A stretch of 64,000 bases of DNA from an uncultured bacterium (GTDB lineage: Bacteria > Chloroflexota > UBA5177 > JANWHV01): assembly GCA_963827235.1 (NCBI GenBank), contig CAWHAE010000014.1, forward strand, positions 96,001 through 160,000, written 5' to 3'. The notes beneath the pieces were generated by a model. The model ran no database searches. It was not told where the DNA came from and saw nothing but the letters and a program-made list of their open reading frames with translations. The translations under genes and the position numbers were made by a program. Positions 18,227-29,019 of the stretch are shown piece by piece; the first letter of the stretch is position 1, and each line of letters begins with the position of its first letter.

Positions 18227-19882
18227 ATGACGCCGCTCGCCGACCGCGAGAGTGAACGGCAGACATCGGCCGAACCCGCGCAGCCGAGTGCGGCAGGCGT
18301 TGCACGAGTTTCTCCGGTGCTTCCCGCGGGCCTGGCCTGCGTGTTCTGCTTGCTGGTGCTGTTACCCTTCGTGCTCGGGCCCGAATGCGCGCCGCCGGGC
18401 AGTGTGTTCGGCGGCACCCTCAAGGCGCTGGGCGACGAAGGCGTCTACATGTCCGCAGTCCGGCAGGGCGCGGACGGACTCTGGCTTTGGCGAGATCAAT
18501 TCATGGTGAGGACGCCTGCCGGCGTGTTCTCCTATCTCACCTACATGTTCTTCGGTCACCTTGGCGCCCTGCTCGATCTGTCTGTGCCGGCAAGCTACGC
18601 ACTCATGCACGGAGCGGCCGCACTGCTGCTCTTCGTCACCCTGTGGCTCATGGGATCGTTCTATCTCCAACCGCGAGAGCGCGCCTGGTTCGTCGCCCTT
18701 GCACTCGGCACCAGCGGCCTCTATTGGCTTGATGCGATGTCCAGCCTGACGGGCCACGAGCTAGCATCTCTGCCCTGGATGGCCATGCCGCCGCTCGGCG
18801 GCCTGACCTCGGCCCTGATGGGCCCGCACGAGACCATCGGCACGGCGGGTCAGGTCATGGTCCTCACCGGCTTGCTCGCGGTGACGGATCGCCGAAATGG
18901 CAGGGTATGGGCAGCTACCGCCTACGGTGCTTGCGGCATGGTGCTGGTCAGTCTGACCCTGCCCATGCTACTCCCTGAGTCGATGTTGGTAGTTGCAGTT
19001 CTTGCGCTGTTGTCGGTACGCGCAGTCGCGGAGGGCCCGCGTCGTCGCTTGGCGGCCTGCCGCGAGCTCGTGTGTTGCTGCGTGATCGGGCTTCCGGCCG
19101 TGCCCGCCGCGACATACTATTTCTGGGAAGTGAAATTCGGTGCCTGGTCGACGGGCGACCTGAGCAGCGTGCAGGGCAGACCATTTGTGGAAGCGGTGTT
19201 GCAGTGGGGAGTGGTGTTGCTGGTCGGGGCTTGGGCTTGGCTGCAAACGCCGCCGGCCACGCGGCCGCTCGCCAACGCGCTGGCACTCTGGTGCTGCGCG
19301 GCCCTTGCCTGCATGGCCCTTCCGCTCTGGCAGTCCTTTCGATTCAGTACCGGCATGACCACGATGGCCGGTGGGTTGCTGGGCCTGGCCGTTGTTCGCC
19401 GTGTGAGAATGCCCCGCGTGCGTGCCCGCCTCCTTCTCCTGGCCGGACTGGGGGCTGCCATTCAGTACGTGTTTATGGTCACGCTGCTCCTTGCTGGCCG
19501 GGACACTGTGCTGTACATGCCGCGGGATCGGCAGGCCGCTATGAATTGGATCGGCGCGCATTGCAGCGAGCGCGACGTGGTGCTGGCACCTCTTGGCTTC
19601 AGTAATCGCCTGCCTTCGGTCGCTCGGAGCAGGCTGGTGGCTGGATACGGCCTGCTCACGTTCGACATGACTCTGCGGGATGAACAGCTACATGCCTTCT
19701 ACGACCCTTCCACTTCGCCTCAGCAGCGCGTGGTCGTGTTGCGTGCCACATCGGCCGATCTCGTAGTGTACGATCCGACCGACAGCGAAGACGGCACGTT
19801 CGACCCGCGAGGCATGCCTGGACTCGAACAGGTGTTCGCCTCGGGAGACGTAGCAGTGCTCAGGGTCTCCACCGCGGTCTAG
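18227..19882 (+). CDS. Polytopic membrane protein, possible GT-C glycosyltransferase
   Basis: More than 10 hydrophobic segments, acidic GDE motif after TM1, soluble C-terminal domain. Confidence 0.6.
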   Translation: MTPLADRESERQTSAEPAQPSAAGVARVSPVLPAGLACVFCLLVLLPFVLGPECAPPGSVFGGTLKALGDEGVYMSAVRQGADGLWLWRDQFMVRTPAGVFSYLTYMFFGHLGALLDLSVPASYALMHGAAALLLFVTLWLMGSFYLQPRERAWFVALALGTSGLYWLDAMSSLTGHELASLPWMAMPPLGGLTSALMGPHETIGTAGQVMVLTGLLAVTDRRNGRVWAATAYGACGMVLVSLTLPMLLPESMLVVAVLALLSVRAVAEGPRRRLAACRELVCCCVIGLPAVPAATYYFWEVKFGAWSTGDLSSVQGRPFVEAVLQWGVVLLVGAWAWLQTPPATRPLANALALWCCAALACMALPLWQSFRFSTGMTTMAGGLLGLAVVRRVRMPRVRARLLLLAGLGAAIQYVFMVTLLLAGRDTVLYMPRDRQAAMNWIGAHCSERDVVLAPLGFSNRLPSVARSRLVAGYGLLTFDMTLRDEQLHAFYDPSTSPQQRVVVLRATSADLVVYDPTDSEDGTFDPRGMPGLEQVFASGDVAVLRVSTAV

Positions 19883-19961
19883 TCCGCCTGCTTCGCGCCG
19901 GCGGCCTTGCTTCGGCCCAAGGCAGATCGTGCCGGGATCGCGCGAAGCCGGGGCAACGCGG

Positions 19962-22237
19962 TCAGGATTCGCCGACCAGAACGATGCGGTTCAGCTCCTT
20001 TGGATCCAGGACGCCGAAGCTCACCAGCTTCGCCACCGGCATATCCAGGAAGAAGTCCGGGATACCTCCTGCCGGATCGATCTCGTCCAGCCGCGCCCGG
20101 TAGCTGTCCATGTGTGGCTCGAGCAGCTTCCGCCCGAGCGGATGGGCCAACCAGGTTCGGATGGATGTAAGCCGCGTCAGCCGCAGATTGACCTGATCGG
20201 TAGACTTGAGCTGCACCGTCGTGGTGAGTCGAATATCGCGCGACGATGCGCCAACCAGCAGCTCGAACGGTCCACTGCTTGTCACCCACTTGCCCTCGAG
20301 GGGATCGTAAAAGGCGAAGGCGCTTCTATCGAGGCTGAATCGCACCTGTTTCCCTTCGCCCGGCTGCAGGCTTACCTTTGCGAACGCCTTCAGCTCTTTG
20401 TGCGGCCTGGGCAGCCGCGGTTGCTGCTCCCGTACGTAGAGCTGCACCGCCTCCTTGCCTGCACGATCGCCGTCATTTCGGACCTGTAGCGAGACGTGGA
20501 GCAGTTCGGTGTCCTCGATCACCTGCTTGTCGAGCACAAGGTCCGCATAGCTGAACGTCGTGTAGGACAGACCGTGCCCGAAGGCGAAGAGCGGATCGAT
20601 GGCGCGAGCGTCGTACCACCGGTAGCCAATGAACAGGCCTTCGCTGAACTGCACGGAGCCCTGCCTGTCCCCAGGGAAGGACAGGAAAGCCGGTGTGTCC
20701 TCCAGCCGCTCCGGGAAGGTCTCCGCGAGCTTTCCCGACGGGTTGACGCGACCGGTCAGCACGTCCGCTATCGCTCCGCCGCCTGCCTGGCCACCCAGCC
20801 ATGCCTCGAGGATGGCCGGCGCGCTGCTCACCCATGGCAGGGTGACGGCGCTGCCGTTGACCAGAACGACCGCGCTCCTGGGCTGCGCGGCCAGCACGGC
20901 TTCTACCAGCACGTTATGGCTGGGTGGAAGGTCCATATGGCGCCTGTCGACACCTTCCTCCTCATACGAGCCCGGCAACCCCACGACTATCACCGCTGCG
21001 TCTGCCGCTTGCGCGGCCGCGCAGGCTTCCGCTATGAGCCCCGTGTCCGGCTGCTCCTCAGCGCTGTAGCCTGCCGCGAACGTGATCCTGCACGAAGGCC
21101 CGGCGATGCGAGCGAGCTCCTGGTAAACGGTGTCCAATCGTGTGGGCACGACCTGCGAGCTTCCTGAACCCTGGAAGCGCGGCGCCGAGGCGAAGGCGCC
21201 GACAACCGCTACATTCGAGAGCCTGGTCACGTCGAGCGGGAGCGTACCGCGCTCGTTCTTGAGCAGCACGATCGCCTCGGCGCCAGCAAGTCTCGCCAGG
21301 TTATGGTGCGTCTCGAGATCCGCCGCCGTGCCGGGTCGCCGTCCGGCGTCGCACCTCAGCACGAAGCGCAGGACGGCGCGCACGACGGTATCAAGGCGAC
21401 CCTCAGGCAGAGTCCCGTCCCGCACGGCCGCGACGATGCTCGGCGCCGACGGCGCTCCCGGCATCTGCAGGTGCATACCGGCCTGGACGCCCGCCGCCCG
21501 GTCGTTCACGGCGCCCCAGTCCGACACCACGATGCCGTCGTACTGCCATTCCTCTTGCAGGATTCTCTGCAGAATGAAGGCGTTCTCGGCGCAGTAGGTT
21601 CCGTTCAGCCGGTTGTAGGCTGCCATGATGGTCCACGGATTCGCCTTGCGCACGGCGATCTCGAACGGTCGCAGGTAGAGCTCGCGCAGCACCCGATCGT
21701 CCACCACGCAATCGACGACTGGCGCTCGGTCTCTTGCTCGTTGGCCACGAAGTGCTTCAGCGACGTGCCGACTCCCTGCTCCTGCACGCCCTGAATGAAT
21801 GCAGTGGCCATCTCTCCGCTGAGCACGGGATCTTCGGAGAAATACTCGAAATTCCTGCCACACAGCGGCGACCGCTTGAGGTTGACTCCTGGACCAAGAA
21901 GCACCTGCACTCCTTCGGACTGGCATTCAGCGCCCATTGCGCGACCGACCTCGCGCACCAGATCGAGGTCCCAGGTCGCGGCAAGTGCGGACTCCGTCGG
22001 GAAGCACGTGGCAGGAATGCTCGAGCCAACTCCCACTTCGGTCGCGCTGCGCGCCTTTCTCACTCCCGTGGGTCCATCCGAGAGCCATATCGGGGGTACG
22101 CCCAGGCGCCCGATGGGCTCGGTCGTCCACATATCATGACCCACGCAGAGAGCGGCCTTCTCCTCGAGCGTCATTTGCGATAACAGCACCTCTACTGGAT
22201 CCAACGTGCCGGACTTCGAGCCCTCTTCAGCGGCCAT
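19962..22237 (-). pseudogene. GH3 beta-glucosidase, frameshifted near 21720 (real or sequencing error)
   Basis: N-terminal ORF has [25 protein letters not shown]-terminal ORF has [31 protein letters not shown]-like motif and an Fn3-like domain. The frames join by a 1-nt shift. Confidence 0.88.
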
Positions 22238-22469
22238 GGTGCATCAACCTTCTCTTCTTCGTATCGCGACGCCTGCCGGCGGCCGGTGCGATCCGTCCCG
22301 GTGTTGGGCCGTGACGGGCTCTCACACCGCCGGCCCGCACGGTTCACAGTCTACATCGCCCTGCCGGGAACACGGTATCATGGCTCGCGGGACACTCCCG
22401 GATCCGGCAGTGTACCTTGAGCGAGTGGAGCGCCGCGACCGGTACCGGTCGCGCACTGGAGCATGAGCA

Positions 22470-24929
22470 TTGTCAGATCCGTTGGTTCAGTTCGAATGGG
22501 CGCTGCCGTGGTTTGCAGGCGATGACAATGCCTACTATGAACGCCATCTCGTGCTCGATCAGGTTGTCGAGCCCGGATCGGCGAGCGCACGCCAGCGATT
22601 CGAGGCACTGGCACGCGCCCTGCGGGACCTTCTTGCGCAGCGCTGGCTGTGGACAGAGCAGCACTACGAGCGCGTCAACCCCAAGCGAGTCTACTACCTC
22701 TCGATGGAGTTCCTGATCGGGCGCTCGCTGACAAACAATATCGTCAATCTGCTGGTGGAGCCGGCCGTGCAGTCGGCCATGGAGCAGGCCGGGGTCGACT
22801 GGCGGCAGTTGGCCGAGCTCGAGCCGGACGCGGGCTTGGGCAACGGCGGCTTGGGTCGCCTGGCCGCCTGCTATCTCGATTCCATGGCCACGCTCAAGTA
22901 TCCTGCCATGGGATACGGGCTGCGCTACGACTACGGGATCTTTCGCCAAAGCGTCCGGAACGGATATCAGGTGGAGGCTCCGGACAATTGGCTGCGGCAT
23001 CCGGACCCCTGGGAAGTGGCCAAGCTGGAGGAGGCAGTTTCCGTGACTCTGCAGTCCTCGCTGCGGCTGCGTGAGGGCGGCCAGGGGAGGATTCCGAGCC
23101 AGCAGATGACCCTGGTCGGCACACCGTACGACCGGCCGGTGGTCGGATATGGAGGCGCGACAATCAACACGCTGCGCCTCTGGAGCGCCGATTCGCCGGA
23201 TTACTTCGACCTCGGCGAATTCGATACCGGCGACTTCGTGGGTGCGCTGCTGCACCGCGTGGTCGCGAACACGGTGACGCGCGTGCTCTACCCGGACGAC
23301 GCGACGCGCGAGGGCCAGCAGCTCCGTTTCGTTCAGGAGTACTTTCTGGTCGCCTGTTCGCTTGCCGACATCATCCTTCGTTTCCGCCGGCTCAACACGG
23401 ACTGGTATATGCTTCCCGAAAAGGTGGCAATTCAGCTCAACGAGACCCACCCGTCCCTGGCGGTGGCCGAGCTGATGCGCATCCTGCTCGATCAGGCCAG
23501 GTTGGGCTGGGACGATGCCTGGGTGCTCACGTGCAACACACTGGCTTACACCAACCACACGCTGCTTCCCGAGGCGCTTGAGCGCTGGCCGGTAGCACTA
23601 TTCGAGGAGCTGCTGCCTCGGCATCTTGAGATCATCTACGAAATCAACCGCCGATTCCTCGACGATGTCCGCAAGCGATATCCCGACGACCCGGGCCGCC
23701 TCCTGCGCACGAGCTTGATCGAGGAGGGACCGGTCAAGCAGGTGCGCATGGCGCACCTGGCTATTGTCGGCACACACAAGACGAACGGAGTGGCCAGCAT
23801 CCATTCACGGTTGCTTCAGAGCAGGGTCGTGCCCGACCTGGCGGAGCTTTATCCGGACCGGTTCACCAACGTGACGAATGGAGTCACGCCAAGGCGTTGG
23901 CTCCTGATTGCCAATCCCGGTCTGGCAGATCTGATCACGGAGGCCGTTGGTGAGGACTGGATCACCTACCTCACCAAGGCGCGGTCGATACTCCCGCTGG
24001 CGACCGACTCCTGGTTTCAGGCCGGCTTCCGTTCCGCCAAGCGCGATGCCAAAGCGAAGTTCAGCGACTGGCTTCGCGCCGAGACCGGCCAGATCGTGGA
24101 TCCCGATACCATGTTCGATTGCCAGATCAAGCGAATCCATGAGTACAAGCGCCAGCTCCTCAATGTGCTCAGAATTATCGTCATGTACAACCGGCTGCGC
24201 AACAATCCATCGCTGGCCATCCCTCCCCGCACCGTATTCTTCGCGGGAAAGGCGGCTCCGGCCTATCACCTTGCCAAGCTGATCATCAAGCTGATCAACA
24301 ACGTAGCCGAGGTTATCAACACGGACGAGACAATCAGCAGCCGCTTGCGAGTGCTCTTCTTGCCCGACTACAACGTCACCCTAGCGGAGAAGCTGATCCC
24401 GGCCACCGACCTGTCGGAACAGATCTCCACGGCCGGCTACGAGGCCAGCGGTACCAGTAACATGAAGTTCATGCTGAACGGAGCGCTTACCATCGGCACG
24501 CGGGACGGAGCCACCATAGAAATGGCCGAGGAGGCCGGTGAGGATAACTTCTTCCTCTTCGGCTTGACCGCAGAGCAGGTGCAGGCCAGCCGCGACTGGT
24601 ACGACCCCCACTGGCACTACGAGCACGATTCGGAGACCAGGCGTGCGCTGGACATGATTGCCTCTAGCTACTTCAGCCGCGAAGAGCCCGGCGTGTTCGG
24701 ACCCATCGTCGACGCGCTGCTCAACCACGGCGACTTTTACATGCACCTGGCCGACCTGGTGGCCTATCTGCACACGCAGGACGGCGTGGGCGCGCTGTAT
24801 GCCGACCAGCAGGAGTGGACTCGAAAGGCAATCATCAACGTCGGCTGTTCCGGCACGTTTTCGAGTGATCGCGCTATAGCGCGGTACGCCTCGGAGATAT
24901 GGGACGCGAAGCCCTGCCCGGTGGCGTGA
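22470..24929 (+). CDS. glgP: Glycogen/alpha-glucan phosphorylase
   Basis: EPDAGLGNGGLGRLAAC, YTNHTLLPEALE, KRIHEYKRQ, EASGTSNMK (PLP Lys). Confidence 0.97.
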   Translation: MSDPLVQFEWALPWFAGDDNAYYERHLVLDQVVEPGSASARQRFEALARALRDLLAQRWLWTEQHYERVNPKRVYYLSMEFLIGRSLTNNIVNLLVEPAVQSAMEQAGVDWRQLAELEPDAGLGNGGLGRLAACYLDSMATLKYPAMGYGLRYDYGIFRQSVRNGYQVEAPDNWLRHPDPWEVAKLEEAVSVTLQSSLRLREGGQGRIPSQQMTLVGTPYDRPVVGYGGATINTLRLWSADSPDYFDLGEFDTGDFVGALLHRVVANTVTRVLYPDDATREGQQLRFVQEYFLVACSLADIILRFRRLNTDWYMLPEKVAIQLNETHPSLAVAELMRILLDQARLGWDDAWVLTCNTLAYTNHTLLPEALERWPVALFEELLPRHLEIIYEINRRFLDDVRKRYPDDPGRLLRTSLIEEGPVKQVRMAHLAIVGTHKTNGVASIHSRLLQSRVVPDLAELYPDRFTNVTNGVTPRRWLLIANPGLADLITEAVGEDWITYLTKARSILPLATDSWFQAGFRSAKRDAKAKFSDWLRAETGQIVDPDTMFDCQIKRIHEYKRQLLNVLRIIVMYNRLRNNPSLAIPPRTVFFAGKAAPAYHLAKLIIKLINNVAEVINTDETISSRLRVLFLPDYNVTLAEKLIPATDLSEQISTAGYEASGTSNMKFMLNGALTIGTRDGATIEMAEEAGEDNFFLFGLTAEQVQASRDWYDPHWHYEHDSETRRALDMIASSYFSREEPGVFGPIVDALLNHGDFYMHLADLVAYLHTQDGVGALYADQQEWTRKAIINVGCSGTFSSDRAIARYASEIWDAKPCPVA

Positions 24930-26494
24930 ACAGTCCGGCCGGCGGCGACAAGCAACCGGCTCTGGACGCAAGCGGCGCTGGTAAGCCGGACGGCGTCCGC
25001 ACGGATCGCGCTCGCCCTGTGCTGTTCTGGCTGTTCATTGCCAGCCTGACGATCTACGCGTTCACCGCGGGCAGCAACTTCACCAGCGGGGATTCATTCG
25101 CCGAGCTGCACGTGACAAGCAGCGTGCTTGGACACGGCTGGTTCGACGTACCGGTGCAGAAGGCCGGCGTGGCCTGCGCGGGCTGGGGTTGCCGCGGCGC
25201 TGACGGCCGGTACTACGCCTCTCACGCCGCCGGCTACTCCATTTTCCTGATCCCATTCTACGGCGTGGCTGAGGCAGGCAGGGAGCTGGCACAGGCGCCG
25301 AACTGCGGCGATCCGTTCTGGACTCGTTGTATACCCATCCACCTGATCAGCTGGAATACGACCTTGGTGTCCGCGGCGACAGTAGCCCTGCTGGCGCTCT
25401 TCGGCCTAGAGCTCGGCTACGACCTCAATTCAGCAGTGACAGTCGCTCTGCTCTACGGATTCGCAGGCATGGCCTGGCCGTACTCGCGCTACGGCTTCGA
25501 CGTGACGCTTACTGGGATCCTGGTGCTCGCGTCGCTTCGAGAGGTGGCACTAGCTCTTGCCCACCCGCCGGCCGGCGCCCGCTGGCTTCGAGCCGGAACC
25601 TGGTCTGCTCTGGCCGTGCTCGTGCGGCTGCCGACCGCGATAGTGGTCGTGCCCCTGGCCGTGGCATGTCTTCTGGCGTACCCGAGAGACACGGGAAGCC
25701 GGTGCAGACGGCTGGCAGCGCTGGCGGCGCCGCTGGTCGCCGCCGCCGGCATCACGGCCTGGTACAACCTCGTGCGATTCGGCACTATGTTCGACGATGG
25801 CCACTCCGCCAATGCGGCGGATCGGCTTTCGACTGCGCCCTGGGCCGGCCTCTATGGCATTGCCCTGAGCCCGGGGAAGGGACTGATCTGGTATTGCCCG
25901 ATCGTCGTGCTCGCCGTGCTCGCGGCTCCCGCCTTCTACAGGGCGCGGCGCGCCACCTGCCTGTTGGCACTCAGCGTGGGCGCGATCTCCCTGCTGCCGT
26001 ACGTGCTCGTGAACGACTGGTATGGAGGAGACGCATGGGGCCCTCGCTTCGTCATGCCGGTGCTTCCACTTCTGCTGCTCCCGCTTCTGGAGCTTCGTTC
26101 GCTGATCTCCACCTCTGTCCTGAACAAGGCCGGCGCGATCGCGCTGACCGCGGTCAGCGTTTGCGTGCAGCTTGCCGGGCTGTTGGTGAGCTACAACGAG
26201 CGGTTGACTCTTGCCGCGCGGAAAGGCTTTGGCACCAGCATCTTCTGGAATCCTATGCACTCACCGCTGCTCGACCAGGTGGGCACGCTGATCACCTATC
26301 TTGCCACCCCGGCTGCCGCTTCGCACCCTGTGCCGGAGACCCAATCGTTCGATGTGTGGTGGCTCGACCTCTGGCGCATCGACGGTGTGTCACCCACCGC
26401 GAGCATGTGCGCCGGAGCAATTGCCGGCCTGCTTGCGGTGGCAGCCGTTTGCCGGCTGGTTGCACTCACCGCACAGGCCCGCGGGCACGTCTAG
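24926..26494 (+). CDS. Polytopic membrane protein, putative GT-C glycosyltransferase
   Basis: SGD after TM1, WPYSR, YNLVRFG, SPGKGL, WGPRF motifs. GTG start overlaps the glgP stop. Confidence 0.65.
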   Translation: MNSPAGGDKQPALDASGAGKPDGVRTDRARPVLFWLFIASLTIYAFTAGSNFTSGDSFAELHVTSSVLGHGWFDVPVQKAGVACAGWGCRGADGRYYASHAAGYSIFLIPFYGVAEAGRELAQAPNCGDPFWTRCIPIHLISWNTTLVSAATVALLALFGLELGYDLNSAVTVALLYGFAGMAWPYSRYGFDVTLTGILVLASLREVALALAHPPAGARWLRAGTWSALAVLVRLPTAIVVVPLAVACLLAYPRDTGSRCRRLAALAAPLVAAAGITAWYNLVRFGTMFDDGHSANAADRLSTAPWAGLYGIALSPGKGLIWYCPIVVLAVLAAPAFYRARRATCLLALSVGAISLLPYVLVNDWYGGDAWGPRFVMPVLPLLLLPLLELRSLISTSVLNKAGAIALTAVSVCVQLAGLLVSYNERLTLAARKGFGTSIFWNPMHSPLLDQVGTLITYLATPAAASHPVPETQSFDVWWLDLWRIDGVSPTASMCAGAIAGLLAVAAVCRLVALTAQARGHV

Positions 26495-26715
26495 GGGCAC
26501 ATCCGGCGAGCACCGCTGGGCAGGGCAGGACGCGCCCAATCCCAGGAATGTATGCGCCCCTGCCGTTTCTATGACTGGCCGGCCGTGTCATGGTTTCGGA
26601 TACCGGCGCACTGGTACGGTGGCCGCCTCGCTCTCCTTGGAAGGGCCGCCGGAGCGGGCACGATGCCGGCGTCCCGGGTCAAGCCTTTCGTTCCTCCCAC
26701 GGCGACTCGCCAGCC

Positions 26716-27672
26716 CTATCGGACTGCCTGGACGCCACCTCGGCGCATGGCGGCAACGCCGATGGCAGCGTAGCCGCACAGAACCCAGGCCAACAGTACC
26801 ACCACGTGGCCACTGCCGCCGTTGCCGTCGAAGAATGCCGTGCAGCGAAGCAGACTGCCGCCGGCTCCCGGCGGCAACAGCTGGCCCACGAGCCCGGCGG
26901 CTTTGGGGAGCAGCTCCGGTGCGGACGTTATTCCGGATAGCGGGTTGCCGACGAAGATCATCAGGAGCATGCCGGCCGCCATGCCTGCAGGACCAATGAG
27001 GTCCTTCAGACCGACCACCGTGGCGGCTATCGCCAGCAGCATGAGAGTCAGGGCACCGGCGTTTGCCTCCCAGCTTCCCTGCAACACGCCGAGCCAGCCC
27101 TGAGCGCCCCCCGTAGCGACAAGACCGCTCAGCACACAGACCACGACCAGCATGGCGGCCTGCCAGATACCCGCGAAGCTGAGCAACGCGACGAGCGCTC
27201 CCGTGATCGCGCCGGTGATCACGAGCGGCAGAATCGAGGAACCCAGAGCAGCACCGCGAGGATCGTTTGCCGGTGCAGGAACGACGTCTACCACGGTCGG
27301 GGGCCGCTGGCTGCCATGTCCGCTCATGGCCGCCGTCAAGAGCTGGGCGACCACTGGCCCGGCAGCGGTGGCGACGAGTAAGGTTACGCCTGATCGGCCA
27401 ACCACGATGGCAGCGTACACATCTCGATGCCGGATGGCTTGCGTGGCGGCGGCCTCGTCGCCAAACTGACGCAAGTCGAAGCCGGAGCTGGTGGCTGCCT
27501 GTAGCCGGGCACCGATCTGGGCCGTCGCCTGAGCCGGCCCCACCAGGCCGACCGGCAAGTCGCGAGGTGCGAGGTTTGCATTCGGCCAGGCAAACATGGC
27601 GAGCGCGAAGGCGACGAAGATCGGGATGGCCACGGCGAGGCCGACCAGGCGACGGGATGGCGCGATGAACAT
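26716..27672 (-). CDS. ABC-2/DUF3533-like membrane protein
   Basis: PRDLPVGLVG, GNPLSG..APELLP, QLLPPGAG; six TM segments. GGAGG RBS before ATG 27672. Confidence 0.75.
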   Translation of the reverse strand: MFIAPSRRLVGLAVAIPIFVAFALAMFAWPNANLAPRDLPVGLVGPAQATAQIGARLQAATSSGFDLRQFGDEAAATQAIRHRDVYAAIVVGRSGVTLLVATAAGPVVAQLLTAAMSGHGSQRPPTVVDVVPAPANDPRGAALGSSILPLVITGAITGALVALLSFAGIWQAAMLVVVCVLSGLVATGGAQGWLGVLQGSWEANAGALTLMLLAIAATVVGLKDLIGPAGMAAGMLLMIFVGNPLSGITSAPELLPKAAGLVGQLLPPGAGGSLLRCTAFFDGNGGSGHVVVLLAWVLCGYAAIGVAAMRRGGVQAVR

Positions 27673-27689
27673 ACAAGCCTCCAAAAAAC

Positions 27690-27764
27690 GAACGACCGTT
27701 CTCTCTTAGCTACAGCCTAGTAATGACGACTGACCTTGTCAAGAGCGAATGTTCGTTCTATGAT
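27690..27764. promoter_or_regulatory. Divergent control region: sigma70 promoter for tetR plus two palindromic operators
   Basis: TTGTCA(27736)-N17-TATGAT(27759). GAACGACCGTTC at 27690-27701 and GAATGTTCGTTC at 27747-27758. Confidence 0.7.
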
Positions 27765-27770
27765 ACGATA

Positions 27771-28358
27771 ATGGCTCGTGTGAGTGCCGTGCATCTCCAG
27801 GCACGGCGACAGCAGATTCTGGATGCAGCCCGGCGGTGTTTCCTGCGCGACGGCTTTCACGCCACGTCCGTGCAGGACATCCTGCACGAAGCCGGTATGT
27901 CCGCCGGGGGCGTGTACCGCTACTTCAAGAGCAAGGAAGATATCATAGAGGCGGTCGGTGCCGAGAACGTCGCCCTGGTGACGTCCGCGTTCGAGAGCGC
28001 GCTCTCCAAGTCCGACCCTCTGCCGTTTCGCGATCTCTTGCCACACCTGCTCACCCTGCTGCAGGAAGCCGACAGGAACCATGGGGCCTTGTCGATCGCC
28101 GTGCAGATCTGGTCCGAATCTATGCGCAACGCGGCGCTTGCGGGCAGGGTAGCAGAGCTCTACGCGTCGCTTCGCGACACGTTGAAGGACCTGGTCACCT
28201 ACTATCAGTCTCGGGGAGAGATATCGCCCGAGGTTGCGCCGGATGACGTCTCGTCCACACTGCTGGCCCTCATCGTAGGCTGTATGCTCGAGCACGGTGT
28301 GTTTGGTGGACTCAACACCACCTCCGTCGGATCCGGGCTTTGGGCGTTAGTGCGGTGA
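27771..28358 (+). CDS. TetR/AcrR family transcriptional regulator
   Basis: RRQQILDAA..GFHATSVQDI..AGMSAGGVYRYFKSKE HTH. Confidence 0.93.
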   Translation: MARVSAVHLQARRQQILDAARRCFLRDGFHATSVQDILHEAGMSAGGVYRYFKSKEDIIEAVGAENVALVTSAFESALSKSDPLPFRDLLPHLLTLLQEADRNHGALSIAVQIWSESMRNAALAGRVAELYASLRDTLKDLVTYYQSRGEISPEVAPDDVSSTLLALIVGCMLEHGVFGGLNTTSVGSGLWALVR

Positions 28359-29019
28359 AGCGCGCAGGTATTCGCCGGCTGCAATCAGACGCTTTTGTGT
28401 GGCCCTTGCAGTGGCGGGCACGCGCCATACCATAATGTTCTGGTGCTTGACGGGTAATGCGCCACGCCTGCGACGCTGGCTGCCAGCCTCCCTCTGCCTG
28501 AGATGCTCAGATTCCTGCGGCAAGTTTGGCGGCGTCGCGTTGACGGCATGCTTTACGGCCCAAGGCGTCGTTGGTCCAAGTCCGTTCCGTATCGGACACG
28601 GGCCTGGGGAGGCCCGAGTCGCTTCGCGCGCGTCGGCCAGATGAATCTGGGACTCCCCGTGCGCCGCGAGCTCCGGCACCGGGCTCGAAACGAGGTCAGC
28701 AGCGCCAATTGCCGGACGGCCCCCTCTGCCGGTGACGGATGGTTCTTGTCAACTCTGCCCAGAACACTGTAATCTTCGCATCGGTGCGGCCAGGCTACCC
28801 GGCGGCACTGCACGCGCTGATCCGGAGTACAGGTGTGCTGCGCGCGACTTCCACGAACCGTACACGCGCCAGGCACCGGAGCGACGAGCTGAGAGGTTCT
28901 GTCCACGTTCCCAGCTGCACGGAGTTGGCCGTCGACGAGATGACGATGCTGTCCGCCTGTGCGCTCGGGGCCGGAAGCGCCGTCGAGTTGGTGAGGGTTC
29001 GGAGGAGGCAAGTAGGTAC

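Noticed and set aside
28670-28710. SRP-RNA-like GAAA..AGCAG motif
   Set aside because: Lacks the CAGG-N-GNRA-N-AGCAG helix 8 geometry.
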